NCBI GenBank assembly: GCA_965205265.1
Contig: CBDBGH010000003.1
Coordinates: forward strand, 1,280,001-1,344,000
DNA: 64,000 bases
DNA from: Alphaproteobacteria bacterium
GTDB taxonomy: Bacteria > Pseudomonadota > Alphaproteobacteria > Bin95
Reading direction: 5' to 3'
Each line of letters opens with the position of its first letter. The first letter of the stretch is position 1. Both the position numbers and the translations under genes were made by a program. This document shows, in pieces, positions 39,252 to 49,085 of the stretch. Below the pieces are notes generated by a model. It did no database searches. It was not told where the DNA came from and was given only the letters and a program-made list of their open reading frames with translations.

Positions 39252-40490
39252 TCAATCGTAGCTGCGCTGGTCGTCGATGACCTTGCCGTCGTTCGGCAGC
39301 GAATCGGCGAACTCGATGCGGCCGCGCATCTTGCATTCGGCGCGGAAGCTCTCGGCGACGGTATCGCGGAAGGCATCGTCCCGGGTCGGCGCCTCGACCA
39401 TCAGGGTGGCGGTATCGAGATTGTTTTCGGAGCCGACCACCAGCCTGAGCCGCGCAATCTCCGGATGGCGGGCCAGCACGCGGTTCACCTGCTCCGGGCG
39501 GATGAACATGCCGCGCACCTTCGCCGTCTGGTCCGCCCGGCCCATCCAGCCCTTGATGCGGGTGTTGGTGCGCCCGCAGGAGCTTTGTCCCGCATCGACG
39601 GCGGACATGTCGCCGGTCGCGAAACGGAAGAGCGGATAATCGTCGGTCAGGGTCGTCACCACGACCTCGCCGACCTCGCCGTCCGGCACCGGGTCTCCGG
39701 AGCCCGGCCGGACGATTTCGACGATCACGCCCTCGGCAAGGACCATGCCTTCCAGCGCCGGCGTCTCATAGGCGACCAGCCCGACATCGGCCGTGCCGTA
39801 GTTCTGCATCACATTGACGCCCTTGCCCCGGATTTCCTCCCGGAGCGAAGGGAAGAGCGCGCCGCCGCCGACCAGCGCCTTGGCGAGCGAGGGCAGCGCC
39901 GTCCCCATCTCTTCGGCCTTGTCCAGCACGATCTTCAGGAAGTCCGGCGTGCCCATGAAGCCGACGGCGCCGAAGTGCCGGATCGCCTCGACCTGCTGTT
40001 CGGTCTGGCCGACGCCGCCGGGAAAGACGGTGCAGCCGAGCGCCTCGGCCGCGCTTTCCATCATGAAGGCGCCGGGCGTGAAGTGGTAGCTGAAGGTGTT
40101 GTGGACCACGTCGCCCTTGCGGAAGCCGGCGGCATAGAGGGAGCGCGCGCCGCGGAACCAGTCGGGCTTCGCGCCCATCGGCTCGCAGATCGGGCCCGGC
40201 GAGCGGAACACGCGCCGGAACGCGCCCACGGGCACGATCGTCATGCCGCCGAAGGGCGGGTCCGCCGCCTGCACTTCCATCAGGTCGGATTTCCGGGTGA
40301 TCGGAAGGGCTGCCAGCGCGCCGCGGGAGTCGATGTCGCCGGCCTCGACTTCGGCAAGCGCCCGCCGCCAGTAAGGCGCCTTGTCCTTGGCAAGCGCAAT
40401 CAGGCCGCGCAACTCGGCGAACTGTTCGGCCTCACGCTGCTCCGGGTCCCGGATCTCCAGCTTGTCGTAGAAGTCGCCGTTTGCGGTCAT
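39252..40490 (-). CDS. phenylacetate-CoA ligase-like AMP-binding protein
   Basis: SPGPICEP, FSYHFTPG, YGTADVG, RFATGDMS, GRADQTAKVRGMF. Confidence 0.88.
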   Translation of the reverse strand: MTANGDFYDKLEIRDPEQREAEQFAELRGLIALAKDKAPYWRRALAEVEAGDIDSRGALAALPITRKSDLMEVQAADPPFGGMTIVPVGAFRRVFRSPGPICEPMGAKPDWFRGARSLYAAGFRKGDVVHNTFSYHFTPGAFMMESAAEALGCTVFPGGVGQTEQQVEAIRHFGAVGFMGTPDFLKIVLDKAEEMGTALPSLAKALVGGGALFPSLREEIRGKGVNVMQNYGTADVGLVAYETPALEGMVLAEGVIVEIVRPGSGDPVPDGEVGEVVVTTLTDDYPLFRFATGDMSAVDAGQSSCGRTNTRIKGWMGRADQTAKVRGMFIRPEQVNRVLARHPEIARLRLVVGSENNLDTATLMVEAPTRDDAFRDTVAESFRAECKMRGRIEFADSLPNDGKVIDDQRSYD

Positions 40491-40496
40491 GGTCCC

Positions 40497-41309
40497 TCAT
40501 ACCCAGCGTTTGCGCCGACGATAGAATTTGATGTCCCGATAACTCCTGCGCCCGGTGGAGCTGATGCCGAGGTAGAACTCCTTGACATCCTCGTTCTCCC
40601 GAAGGTCCGCGGCCTCACCGTCCATGACGATGCGTCCGTTCTCCAGGATGTAGCCGTAATGGGCGTATTTGAGCGCCATGTTGGTGTTCTGCTCGGCCAG
40701 CAGGATCGAGCAGTTTTCCTCTTCGTTGATGCGCTTGACGATCTCGAAGATCTGCTCGACGAGCTGCGGGGCGAGCCCCATGGAGGGTTCGTCCAGCAGG
40801 ATCATCTCGGGCCGGGACATGAGCGCGCGGCCGATGGCGCACATCTGCTGCTCGCCGCCGGAAATATAGCCGGCGAGGCTCTTGCGCCGGCTCTTGAGAG
40901 CCGGGAAATATCCGTAAACCGCGTCGAGGTCGTCGCTGAGCTCCGCACGGCGCGCGTGGCGCGTATAAGCGCCCGTCAACAGGTTTTCCTCGACGGTCAA
41001 ATGTTCGAAACAATGGCGGCCTTCCATCACCTGGATGACGCCCCTGCGCACGAGGTCGGTCGGCGTCAGCGCGTCGATCTGCTCGCCGCGAAAGAGGATG
41101 GAACCCTTGGTGACCTCGCCGCGCTCGGCGCGCAGCAGGTTGGAAACGGCCTTGAGGGTCGTCGTCTTGCCGGCCCCGTTCGCGCCGAGGAGGGCGACGA
41201 TGCCCCCCTTCGGCACGTGGAGGGAGACGCCCTTCAGCACGAGGATGACGTGGTCGTAAATGACCTCGACATTGTTCACTTCGAGTTCGTTGCGAACGGT
41301 CTCGTTCAT
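40497..41309 (-). CDS. ABC transporter ATP-binding protein (LivF-like)
   Basis: GANGAGKT, SGGEQQM, LLDEPSMGLAP. Confidence 0.93.
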   Translation of the reverse strand: MNETVRNELEVNNVEVIYDHVILVLKGVSLHVPKGGIVALLGANGAGKTTTLKAVSNLLRAERGEVTKGSILFRGEQIDALTPTDLVRRGVIQVMEGRHCFEHLTVEENLLTGAYTRHARRAELSDDLDAVYGYFPALKSRRKSLAGYISGGEQQMCAIGRALMSRPEMILLDEPSMGLAPQLVEQIFEIVKRINEEENCSILLAEQNTNMALKYAHYGYILENGRIVMDGEAADLRENEDVKEFYLGISSTGRRSYRDIKFYRRRKRWV

Positions 41310-41346
41310 GCTTCCGGGCCTCTCCCGCCGGTGGGGTCGAACCGCT

Positions 41347-42654
41347 CTACGCCGAGCAGTCGCGCGGGGTGATGTTGTTCTCCTGCGCGTATTGGGCTGC
41401 GTCCTTCTCGATCAGGGGACGGACGACATCGGTCATCGCCGGGATCCAGTCGGTGATGATCTCCCAGGCCGAACCGTTCCACTGCTGGACCAGGATCGCC
41501 GGGCTGGCGCCCTCGTGGTTCAGGCAGGTCACCTTGGTCGGCGGCATCAGGCCGGTCAGGCCCAGCGCCTCCACGTCCCCGGCGGAGAGGTCGAGGTTCT
41601 CCAGCGCCCAGCGCACCTGCTCGCCGGAGACATGCTTGCCCTTGCCGTATTTCTCCTGGGCCAGCCGCACCGCCTCGACGATATAGGCCGCATTGACCAT
41701 GCCGCGGTTGTAGAGCACCGTGCCCATGTCGTCGCCGCCCTTGAGGCCGCTGACGCCCTTCATGTCGTCGAAGACCTTGTAGCCGGTGCCGGCGCCGTTG
41801 AAGGTCGCGCCCTTGTAGCCGACAGCGCCCTCGCCGGCGGGCAGCACATCGGGCTCGGCGGCGGACCACCAGTTGCCGATGAACCTGCTCATGTCGAACT
41901 TGATGTTCGCGGCTTCCTTGACGGCCGTCGAGTTCATCGCGCCCCAGCCCCACATGATGGCGTAGGCCGGCTTGGTGCGGCGGATCTGGAGCCAGATGGA
42001 CTTCTGCTCCGTCATCGTGGCCGGCGGCACCGGATACTTGTCGTAGGTGAAGCCGAACTTCTCCGCCAGAATGTCGAAGGTCGGGATCGGCTCGCGTCCA
42101 TAGGGATGGTCGAGATAGATGAACGCGAAGCGCTGGCCCTTCAACGCCTCGAGCCCGCCCATCTCGTTGGCGATGTACTGGATGACGGCGGTCGCCTGGC
42201 TCCAGTAGGTCGAGGGGAAGTTGAAGACATAGGGGAACACCCGCCCATCGGCGGCGCTGGTGCGGCCGTAGCCCATCGACAGGATCGGAATCTTGTCGTT
42301 GGTGGCCTTGTCGATCAGGGCGTAGGTGGTGCCCGTGGACCAGGGGCTGATGACGGTTGCGCCGCCGTTCTTGTCCTTCAGCCGGTCGTAGCACTCGACG
42401 CCGCGGTCGGTCTTGTAGCCGGTCTCGCACTCCTCGACGATGAACTTGACGCCGTTGACGCCGCCGTCGCGCTCGTTGATGAGCTGGAAGTAGTCGACAT
42501 AGCCGTTGGCGAACGGGGTGCCGTTCGGGGCGTAGGCGCCCGTGCGGTAGGACAGCACCGGGATGTACTGGCCATCCTCGGCCTGGGCAACGCCGATGGC
42601 GCCGGCCGCAACGGCTGCGGCCAGCCCCGCTGTCGCCAGTTTCTTCATGAGCAT
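41347..42654 (-). CDS. ABC transporter substrate-binding protein (LivJ/K-like)
   Basis: signal peptide MLMKKLATAG; YRTGAYAPNG, INERDGGVNG, ECETGY; GGAGG RBS; C-terminal part of the 41347..43572 ORF. Confidence 0.9.
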   Translation of the reverse strand: MLMKKLATAGLAAAVAAGAIGVAQAEDGQYIPVLSYRTGAYAPNGTPFANGYVDYFQLINERDGGVNGVKFIVEECETGYKTDRGVECYDRLKDKNGGATVISPWSTGTTYALIDKATNDKIPILSMGYGRTSAADGRVFPYVFNFPSTYWSQATAVIQYIANEMGGLEALKGQRFAFIYLDHPYGREPIPTFDILAEKFGFTYDKYPVPPATMTEQKSIWLQIRRTKPAYAIMWGWGAMNSTAVKEAANIKFDMSRFIGNWWSAAEPDVLPAGEGAVGYKGATFNGAGTGYKVFDDMKGVSGLKGGDDMGTVLYNRGMVNAAYIVEAVRLAQEKYGKGKHVSGEQVRWALENLDLSAGDVEALGLTGLMPPTKVTCLNHEGASPAILVQQWNGSAWEIITDWIPAMTDVVRPLIEKDAAQYAQENNITPRDCSA

Positions 42655-42710
42655 GATGGGACCTCCCTTGGGTTTCTGCCTCATCGGGGTTGGGGCTGTT
42701 TCCGCCACAA

Positions 42711-43787
42711 TCAATAGGGAAACGGCCAGAGACGCAGCTTTTCCTTGGCGATCTGCCAGAGCCGCGCCAGACCATGCGGTTCGACGATCAGGAAGAAGAT
42801 GATGAGAACGCCGAACAGCATGAACTCGATATGGGTGACGATGTCGCCCGCGACGCTGTAGCCGAACCAGCCGGGCGCGCTGTTGAGGAAGATCGGCAGC
42901 AGGAAGATGAATGCCGCGCCGAGGAAGGAGCCCAGCACGCTGCCGAGACCCCCGACGATGACCATGAACAGCACCTGGAACGACCGGTTGATGTCGAAGG
43001 CGGTCGGCTCCACCGTGTTGATGAAGCACATGGCCCAGAGCGCGCCGGCGACGCCGCAATAGAAGCTGGAAATCGCGAAGGCGGAGAGTTTGGTCGGAAG
43101 CGGACGGATGCCGATCAGCTCGGCGGCGATGTCCATGTCCCGGATCGCCATCCAGGAGCGGCCGATGCGCGAGCGCGCCAGATTGCGCGCAATCCAGGCG
43201 AGCGCGACGACGAAGGCCAGCACGAACAGGTATTTCGCCTCGTTGCTTGCCGTGGCGCCCGTCACCTCGAAACCGAAGACGCTGCGCGGCGGCGCCGTCG
43301 GCACGCCGGAGATCGAATGGTTGACGAACCACGGCACCTTCACGAACAGCCAGAGCAGGAAAAACTGCGCGGCCAGCGTGGCGACCGCGAGATAGAAGCC
43401 CTTGATGCGCAGGCTCGGGAGGCCGAAGGCGATGCCGATGGCGGCCGCGCAAAGCCCGGCCAACGGGATCACCAGCCAGATCGGCATCCAGGTGATGTTG
43501 GTGGCGATCTTGTAGGCAAGATAGGCGCCGGCGGCCATGAAGGCGCCGGTGCCGAGCGAGAGCTGGCCGCAATATCCCGTCAGGATGTTCAGCCCCAGCG
43601 CGGCGATCGACAGGATCAGCACGGGGATCAGGATCGAGGCCATCAGGTATTCGCTGGCGAGCAGCGGCACCCCGACAATGGCGAAGGCCGTCAACGCAAA
43701 CACGAACCAGCGGTCGAGCGGAATGGTCAGCATCGCCTGGTCGGCGGAGTAGCTGGTCTTGAACTGTCCGGCTTCGCGGTAAAGCAT
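42711..43787 (-). CDS. ABC transporter permease (LivM-like)
   Basis: GLNILTGYCGQLSLG, LRIKGFYLAVATLA, AIRDMDIAA. Confidence 0.92.
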   Translation of the reverse strand: MLYREAGQFKTSYSADQAMLTIPLDRWFVFALTAFAIVGVPLLASEYLMASILIPVLILSIAALGLNILTGYCGQLSLGTGAFMAAGAYLAYKIATNITWMPIWLVIPLAGLCAAAIGIAFGLPSLRIKGFYLAVATLAAQFFLLWLFVKVPWFVNHSISGVPTAPPRSVFGFEVTGATASNEAKYLFVLAFVVALAWIARNLARSRIGRSWMAIRDMDIAAELIGIRPLPTKLSAFAISSFYCGVAGALWAMCFINTVEPTAFDINRSFQVLFMVIVGGLGSVLGSFLGAAFIFLLPIFLNSAPGWFGYSVAGDIVTHIEFMLFGVLIIFFLIVEPHGLARLWQIAKEKLRLWPFPY

Positions 43788-43791
43788 CAGG

Positions 43792-44742
43792 TCATACCCG
43801 TTCGATAATCTTCTCGCCGAACAGGCCCTGCGGCCTGAAGAACAGGAAGATCATGGCCACGATATAGGCGAACCATTCCTCGGTCGCGCCTTCGAGCAGG
43901 GGCACGCCCCAGTAGTTCTCGAACAGCTTCTCGCCCGCACCGACGATCAGCCCGCCGATGATGGCGCCCGGGATCGAGGTGAAGCCGCCGAGGATGAGGA
44001 CCGGCAGCGCCTTGAGCGCGATGGTGGAAAGCGCGAACTGCACGCCGAGCTTGGCGCCCCACATGATGCCGGCGACCAGCGCCACGAAGCCGGCTACGGC
44101 CCAGACGATCACCCAGATATTGTTGAGCGGGATGCCGACCGAAAGCGCCGCCTGGTGGTCGTCGGCGACGGCGCGGAGCGCCCGCCCGACCGGCGTGAAG
44201 TGGAAGAAGAGCGCCAGCACCGTGACCAGGAAGGCTGCGATTACGCCGGCGAACAGGTCCGAGGACTGCACCAGGATTTCGCCGAAGCCCGCCTCCCAGA
44301 AGAGCGCCGCATCCGGGATACCGACCCGGACCGGGCGCACGTCGCCGCCCCAGATCGACTCGCCGAACCCTTCCAGGAAGAAGGCGATGCCGATGGTCGC
44401 CATGAACAGGATGATCGGGTCCTGGTTCACCAGCGGGCGGAGCACCAGACGGTCCACGGCGAACGCCAGCGCGGTCATGATGCCGAGCGTGATGACGAAG
44501 GCGAGGATCGGATGGACGCCGAGGTCCATCAGCCCGACGAAATTGAGCGCTGCGAACAGCACGAAGATGCCCTGGGCGAAGTTGAAGATGCCGGAGGCCT
44601 TGAAGATCAGCACGAAGCCGAGCGCCACCAGCGAATACATCACGCCCGACATCAGCCCGCCGATCAGCACTTCGGCGAGGAAGGCCGGCTCGACGACCAT
44701 CTGGACGAACGGGTCGATGAAGATGAGGTAAAGGGTTTCCAT
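43792..44742 (-). CDS. ABC transporter permease (LivH-like)
   Basis: YSLVALGFVLIFKASGIFNFAQG, GRALRAVADD, FRPQGLFG. Confidence 0.92.
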   Translation of the reverse strand: METLYLIFIDPFVQMVVEPAFLAEVLIGGLMSGVMYSLVALGFVLIFKASGIFNFAQGIFVLFAALNFVGLMDLGVHPILAFVITLGIMTALAFAVDRLVLRPLVNQDPIILFMATIGIAFFLEGFGESIWGGDVRPVRVGIPDAALFWEAGFGEILVQSSDLFAGVIAAFLVTVLALFFHFTPVGRALRAVADDHQAALSVGIPLNNIWVIVWAVAGFVALVAGIMWGAKLGVQFALSTIALKALPVLILGGFTSIPGAIIGGLIVGAGEKLFENYWGVPLLEGATEEWFAYIVAMIFLFFRPQGLFGEKIIERV

Positions 44743-44754
44743 CGTCGCGCCGTC

Positions 44755-45537
44755 CTAGTCGTGGCTCACGCCCAGATAGGCGTCGATGACTTCCTGGTTG
44801 CCGCGGATTTCGTCCGGCGTGCCCTCCGCGAGCTTCTTGCCGTAGTCGAGCACCACCACCCGGTCGGACAGGTCCATGACCACGCCCATGTCATGTTCGA
44901 TCAGCGCGATCGTGGTTCCGAGTTCGTGGTTGGTGGAGAGCACGAAGCGGCACATGTCCTCCTTTTCCTCGACATTCATGCCGGCCATCGGCTCGTCCAG
45001 CAGCAGCAGTTCGGGTTCCGCCGCCAGCGCGCGCGCAAGCTCCACCCGCTTCTGCAGGCCGTAGGGCAGGCGCCCCACGGGCGTCTTGCGGATCGACTGG
45101 ATTTCGAGGAAGTCGATCACCTCCTCGACCCTTTCGCGATGCTCGATTTCCTCGCGCCGGCCCCGGCCGATATAGAACGCCTGTTCCGCCAGGGAGGCCT
45201 GCATCTTGAGCATGCGCCCGGTCATGACGTTCTCGAGCGTCGTCATGCCCTTGAAGAGCGCGATGTTCTGGAAGGTGCGGCTGATGCCCTGGGCGGCGGC
45301 CTCGTGCGGGCGCATCTGCCGGCGTTCCGCGCCCTTGAAGGTAATGGTGCCTTCCTGCGGATTATAGAAGCCGTTGATGCAATTCAGCATCGACGATTTC
45401 CCGGCTCCGTTGGGGCCGATGATGGCGAAGATCTCGCCCTCGTGGATATCGAAGCTGACATCCGTCAGCGCGCGGACGCCGCCGAAGCGCAGCGAAATGT
45501 CCTTGACGCTGAGCAGGATGTCTCCCGGCCGGGTCAT
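44755..45537 (-). CDS. ABC transporter ATP-binding protein (LivG-like)
   Basis: GPNGAGKS, RTFQNI, LLDEPMAG, IEHDM. Confidence 0.93.
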   Translation of the reverse strand: MTRPGDILLSVKDISLRFGGVRALTDVSFDIHEGEIFAIIGPNGAGKSSMLNCINGFYNPQEGTITFKGAERRQMRPHEAAAQGISRTFQNIALFKGMTTLENVMTGRMLKMQASLAEQAFYIGRGRREEIEHRERVEEVIDFLEIQSIRKTPVGRLPYGLQKRVELARALAAEPELLLLDEPMAGMNVEEKEDMCRFVLSTNHELGTTIALIEHDMGVVMDLSDRVVVLDYGKKLAEGTPDEIRGNQEVIDAYLGVSHD

Positions 45538-47483
45538 GCAGCGGTCCTTTCGCCGCCGGCCTCGGAGACGCGGGCGTCGCGAATGGCGAGGTCGCCGGTG
45601 ATCGTGCCCGAACGCCCGTCCTCGAAGGTCACCGGCGTCTCCAGAACGATATTGCTCTCACCGCCGTAAAGCGCGTCGATGGCCGGGGCGTAGCGCTCGA
45701 AGATGAAGCGGCGGCGGACCTTCTGCGTGCGGGTGAGTTCGCCGTCGTCGGCGTCCAGCATCTTGTGCAGCACGATGAAGCGATGGATTTGCGAGCCGGC
45801 GAATTGCGGGTCGGTCGCGAGGCTTTCGTTGAACTCCGAAACATGGCCCTCGACGATGTCGAGCACCTCGGGCCGCGCGGCGAGCTCCTGGTAGCTCGAA
45901 TAGGGGATGTTGCGTCTTTCGGCCCAGTTGCCGACCGCCTCCATGTCGATATTTATCATCGCGGTGACGAAGTCCCGCTCATGGCCGAAGGTCACCGCCT
46001 CGCGGATGTTCGGGTAGAACTTCAGCTTGTTTTCGAGGTATTTCGGCGCGAAGAGCGTGCCGTTGGCGAGCCGGCCGACATCCTTGGCGCGGTCGATGAT
46101 CCGCAAATGGCCGTCATCGTCGATCACGCCTGCATCCCCGGTGTGCACCCAGCCGTCGCTCGTCTTGGTCTCCGAGGTGGCCTCGCTGTTCTTGTAATAC
46201 TCCTGGAAGACGCCGGGGCTGCGGTAGAGCACCTCGCCTTCCTCCGTGAGGCGCAGCTCGACGCCCGGCGCTGGCGGACCGACGCTGTCGGGGCGCACAT
46301 CGTCATTGGTCTGGATGGTCACGAACACGCTCGCCTCGGTCTGGCCGTAAAGCTGCTTCAGGTTGATGCCGAGGGAACGGAAGAAACGGAAGATTTCGGG
46401 GCCGATAGCCTCGCCCGCGGTATAGCCGACCCGGAGCCGGGAGAGGCCCAGCACGTTCTTCACGGGGCCATAGACGAAGATTTCGCCCAGCCGGTAGAGC
46501 AGGCGGTCTGCAAGGCCGACCTTCCGGCCCTCCAGAATGTCGGTCCCGGCCCGCTCGGCGACCTTCATGAAAAAGCGGAACAGGCGCTGCTTCAGCGGGG
46601 CCGCGTCTTCCATGCGGATCGTCACCTGGGTCAGCAGGTTCTCGAATACGCGGGGCGGCGCGAAGAAATAGGTGGGGCCGAGCTCGCGCAGATCGTGCGG
46701 CACGGTCTCCGGCGATTCCGGGCAGGCGAAGGAAAAGCCGACCAGATGCGCCTGGCAGTAGGAGAGCACGTTGTCGCCGACCCAGGCCATCGGCAGATAG
46801 GCCAGCACGACCTCGTCCTCGCGCAACTGCTCGAAGTCCGCGCCGATCTTCGCGCAGAGCAGGAGATTGTCGTAGGAGAGCACCACGCCCTTGGGCGTGC
46901 CGGTGGTGCCGGAGGTGTAGAGGATGATCGCGGTGTCGCTGCCCTTGCCGAGATCGACCTCTTCGTCCCAGCCGCCTTCTTCGCCCATGCCGGCGACATC
47001 GTCATAGGCGTGCAGGAACGGCTCGCTGTAGTCCCGCATGCCGCGCGGGTCGTCATAGACGATCATCCTAAGCGCGGGGAGATGTTCCTTTTGCGACAGG
47101 ACCTTGTCGACCTGTTCCTGATCCTCGGCGACAATGAATGCGGCTTCGGCATGGTCCAGCACGAAGCGCATCTCCTCCGCCACCGCGTCCTGATAGACCG
47201 GCACCGGAATGGCGCCAAGGCTCTGCGCGGCGCTCATGGCGAAATAGAGCCGCGGCCGGTTGTCGCCGACAATGGCGACCTTCTCGCCCCGCTTGAGGCC
47301 GAGCGCCTTCATGCCGCCCGCGAGCTTGCGCACCGCGTCGCGGAAGTCGGCCCAGGTCCAGGTCTGCCAGATGCCGAGGTCCTTCTCGCGGACGGCGGCC
47401 AGCGATGCGCGGTGTTCGGCGTTGTAGCGGAGCAGCTTCGGGAAGGTATCGTGCTGCGCAACATCCGGTAGGGCGCCGGCCAT
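45534..47483 (-). CDS. long-chain acyl-CoA synthetase
   Basis: YTSGTTGTPKG, YGQTE, HTGDAG, IIDRAKD, GELTRTQKVRR. Confidence 0.92.
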   Translation of the reverse strand: MAGALPDVAQHDTFPKLLRYNAEHRASLAAVREKDLGIWQTWTWADFRDAVRKLAGGMKALGLKRGEKVAIVGDNRPRLYFAMSAAQSLGAIPVPVYQDAVAEEMRFVLDHAEAAFIVAEDQEQVDKVLSQKEHLPALRMIVYDDPRGMRDYSEPFLHAYDDVAGMGEEGGWDEEVDLGKGSDTAIILYTSGTTGTPKGVVLSYDNLLLCAKIGADFEQLREDEVVLAYLPMAWVGDNVLSYCQAHLVGFSFACPESPETVPHDLRELGPTYFFAPPRVFENLLTQVTIRMEDAAPLKQRLFRFFMKVAERAGTDILEGRKVGLADRLLYRLGEIFVYGPVKNVLGLSRLRVGYTAGEAIGPEIFRFFRSLGINLKQLYGQTEASVFVTIQTNDDVRPDSVGPPAPGVELRLTEEGEVLYRSPGVFQEYYKNSEATSETKTSDGWVHTGDAGVIDDDGHLRIIDRAKDVGRLANGTLFAPKYLENKLKFYPNIREAVTFGHERDFVTAMINIDMEAVGNWAERRNIPYSSYQELAARPEVLDIVEGHVSEFNESLATDPQFAGSQIHRFIVLHKMLDADDGELTRTQKVRRRFIFERYAPAIDALYGGESNIVLETPVTFEDGRSGTITGDLAIRDARVSEAGGERTAA

Positions 47484-47738
47484 GGCTTCGGTCTCCCCTG
47501 GGCGAGTGCGAACGCTCCGATCGGTCGATTACGGTCGCGATGTCTGAGGCGAGTGCGGAGAGGCTTGGTAGCCAAGCCGCGCGCCGAGTCCAAGCAAAAA
47601 ATGATAGAGAAGGCCGCCTTTGGTGTCGCAGCGGGCGCGGCGGGGATATGGTGGCCGGCCGGTCGCCCGCGTGGGCGGCGGAAAAAAGGGAAGCGTGCGG
47701 CGATGGCCTGGGTGGCAAGGCGCAGGGGTCTTTGAAGG

Positions 47739-49085
47739 ATGGCGAGTCCGGATTTCTCGGTCCTGCCGTCCGTGGACCGCCTGCTCGAAGACCCCGCGCT
47801 TGCCGGGGCGGCTGCGGAATACGGGCGGGCCGAAGCGCTGGCGGGCGCGCGGCAGGCGCTCGCGGATGCCCGGCGAACGCTCGGGGCGGGCGGCGCGCTC
47901 GATCCCTCGTCGCTCGGCCCGGCGGCGGCGGCGCATATTGCGGCGCGGGGGCGGCCTTCGCTCCGGCGGGTGTTCAACCTCACAGGCGTGGTGCTGCACA
48001 CCAATCTCGGCAGGGCGCCGCTTCCGCGGGAGGCGATGGCTGCAATCGCGGAGGCCGCCGGCAACTGCAACCTCGAATACAACCTGGAAACCGGCCGGCG
48101 GGGCGACAGGGACTCCCATGTCGAGGCGCTGCTGACGGAACTGACCGGCGCGGAAGCCGCACTGGCGGTCAACAACAATGCCGCCGCCGTCCTGCTGGTG
48201 CTGAACAGCCTCTCGGCCGGGCGCGACGCGCTGGTTTCGCGCGGCGAGCTGGTCGAGATCGGCGGCTCCTTCCGCATGCCGGAGATCATGGCCCGCGCCG
48301 GCGCCCGCATGGTCGAGGTCGGCACGACCAACCGCACGCATGCCGGCGATTTCGAGGCCGCCGTCGGCCCGGACACGGGCTGCGTGATGAAGGTGCACAC
48401 CTCCAATTATGAGGTCGTCGGCTTCACGGCGTCGGTGCCGGACGACCGCCTGGCCCGTATCGCGGAGGCTGCGGGCGCGCCCTATGCGGTCGATCTGGGC
48501 GCGGGCCAGCTTGTCGATCTCGCCCGCTACGGGCTGCCGCAGGAGCCGATGCCGGGCCAGGCGCTCGCCGCCGGGGCCGGGCTCGTCACCTTCAGCGGCG
48601 ACAAGCTGCTGGGCGGCCCGCAGGCGGGCATCGTCGTCGGGCGCGCGGACCTCGTCGCTTTGCTCAAGCGAAACCCGATGCGCCGCGCCATGCGCCTCGG
48701 CAAGCTCTCCCTCGCGGCGCTGGAAGCTGTGTTGCGGCTTTACCGGGACCCGGACCGGCTGGCCGAACGCCTGCCTGCGCTCAGGGCGCTGACCCGCCCG
48801 GTGGCGGAGATCGAAGCCCAGGCGCACCGGCTCGCGCCGGCGATGGAGGGCGCGGAAGTCGTGGCCGTCGCAAGCCAAATCGGTTCCGGGTCGCTGCCGG
48901 TGGAGCGCCTCGAGAGCCGGGCGCTGGCGCTGTCCGCGCCGGGCGGCAAGGCGCTGGAGGCGCGCGCGGCGGCGTTCCGCCGGCTGCCCATTCCGGTCAT
49001 CGGGCGCATCTCCGAGGGGCGGCTGCTCTTCGACCTGCGCACGCTTGACGACGAAGACGCCTTCCTGTCCCAACTGGCCTCATGA
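47739..49085 (+). CDS. selA: L-seryl-tRNA(Sec) selenium transferase
   Basis: [48 protein letters not shown]. Confidence 0.97.
   Translation: MASPDFSVLPSVDRLLEDPALAGAAAEYGRAEALAGARQALADARRTLGAGGALDPSSLGPAAAAHIAARGRPSLRRVFNLTGVVLHTNLGRAPLPREAMAAIAEAAGNCNLEYNLETGRRGDRDSHVEALLTELTGAEAALAVNNNAAAVLLVLNSLSAGRDALVSRGELVEIGGSFRMPEIMARAGARMVEVGTTNRTHAGDFEAAVGPDTGCVMKVHTSNYEVVGFTASVPDDRLARIAEAAGAPYAVDLGAGQLVDLARYGLPQEPMPGQALAAGAGLVTFSGDKLLGGPQAGIVVGRADLVALLKRNPMRRAMRLGKLSLAALEAVLRLYRDPDRLAERLPALRALTRPVAEIEAQAHRLAPAMEGAEVVAVASQIGSGSLPVERLESRALALSAPGGKALEARAAAFRRLPIPVIGRISEGRLLFDLRTLDDEDAFLSQLAS

Noticed and set aside
39252-47483. Acyl-CoA ligase / Liv-type ABC / PaaK-like operon as a novel pathway
   Set aside because: Widely conserved proteobacterial cassette; the substrate cannot be inferred from sequence and nothing unusual was seen.
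47484-47738. Possible selC tRNA or SECIS-like autoregulatory leader before selA
   Set aside because: No cloverleaf with a TCA anticodon or convincing SECIS hairpin visible.
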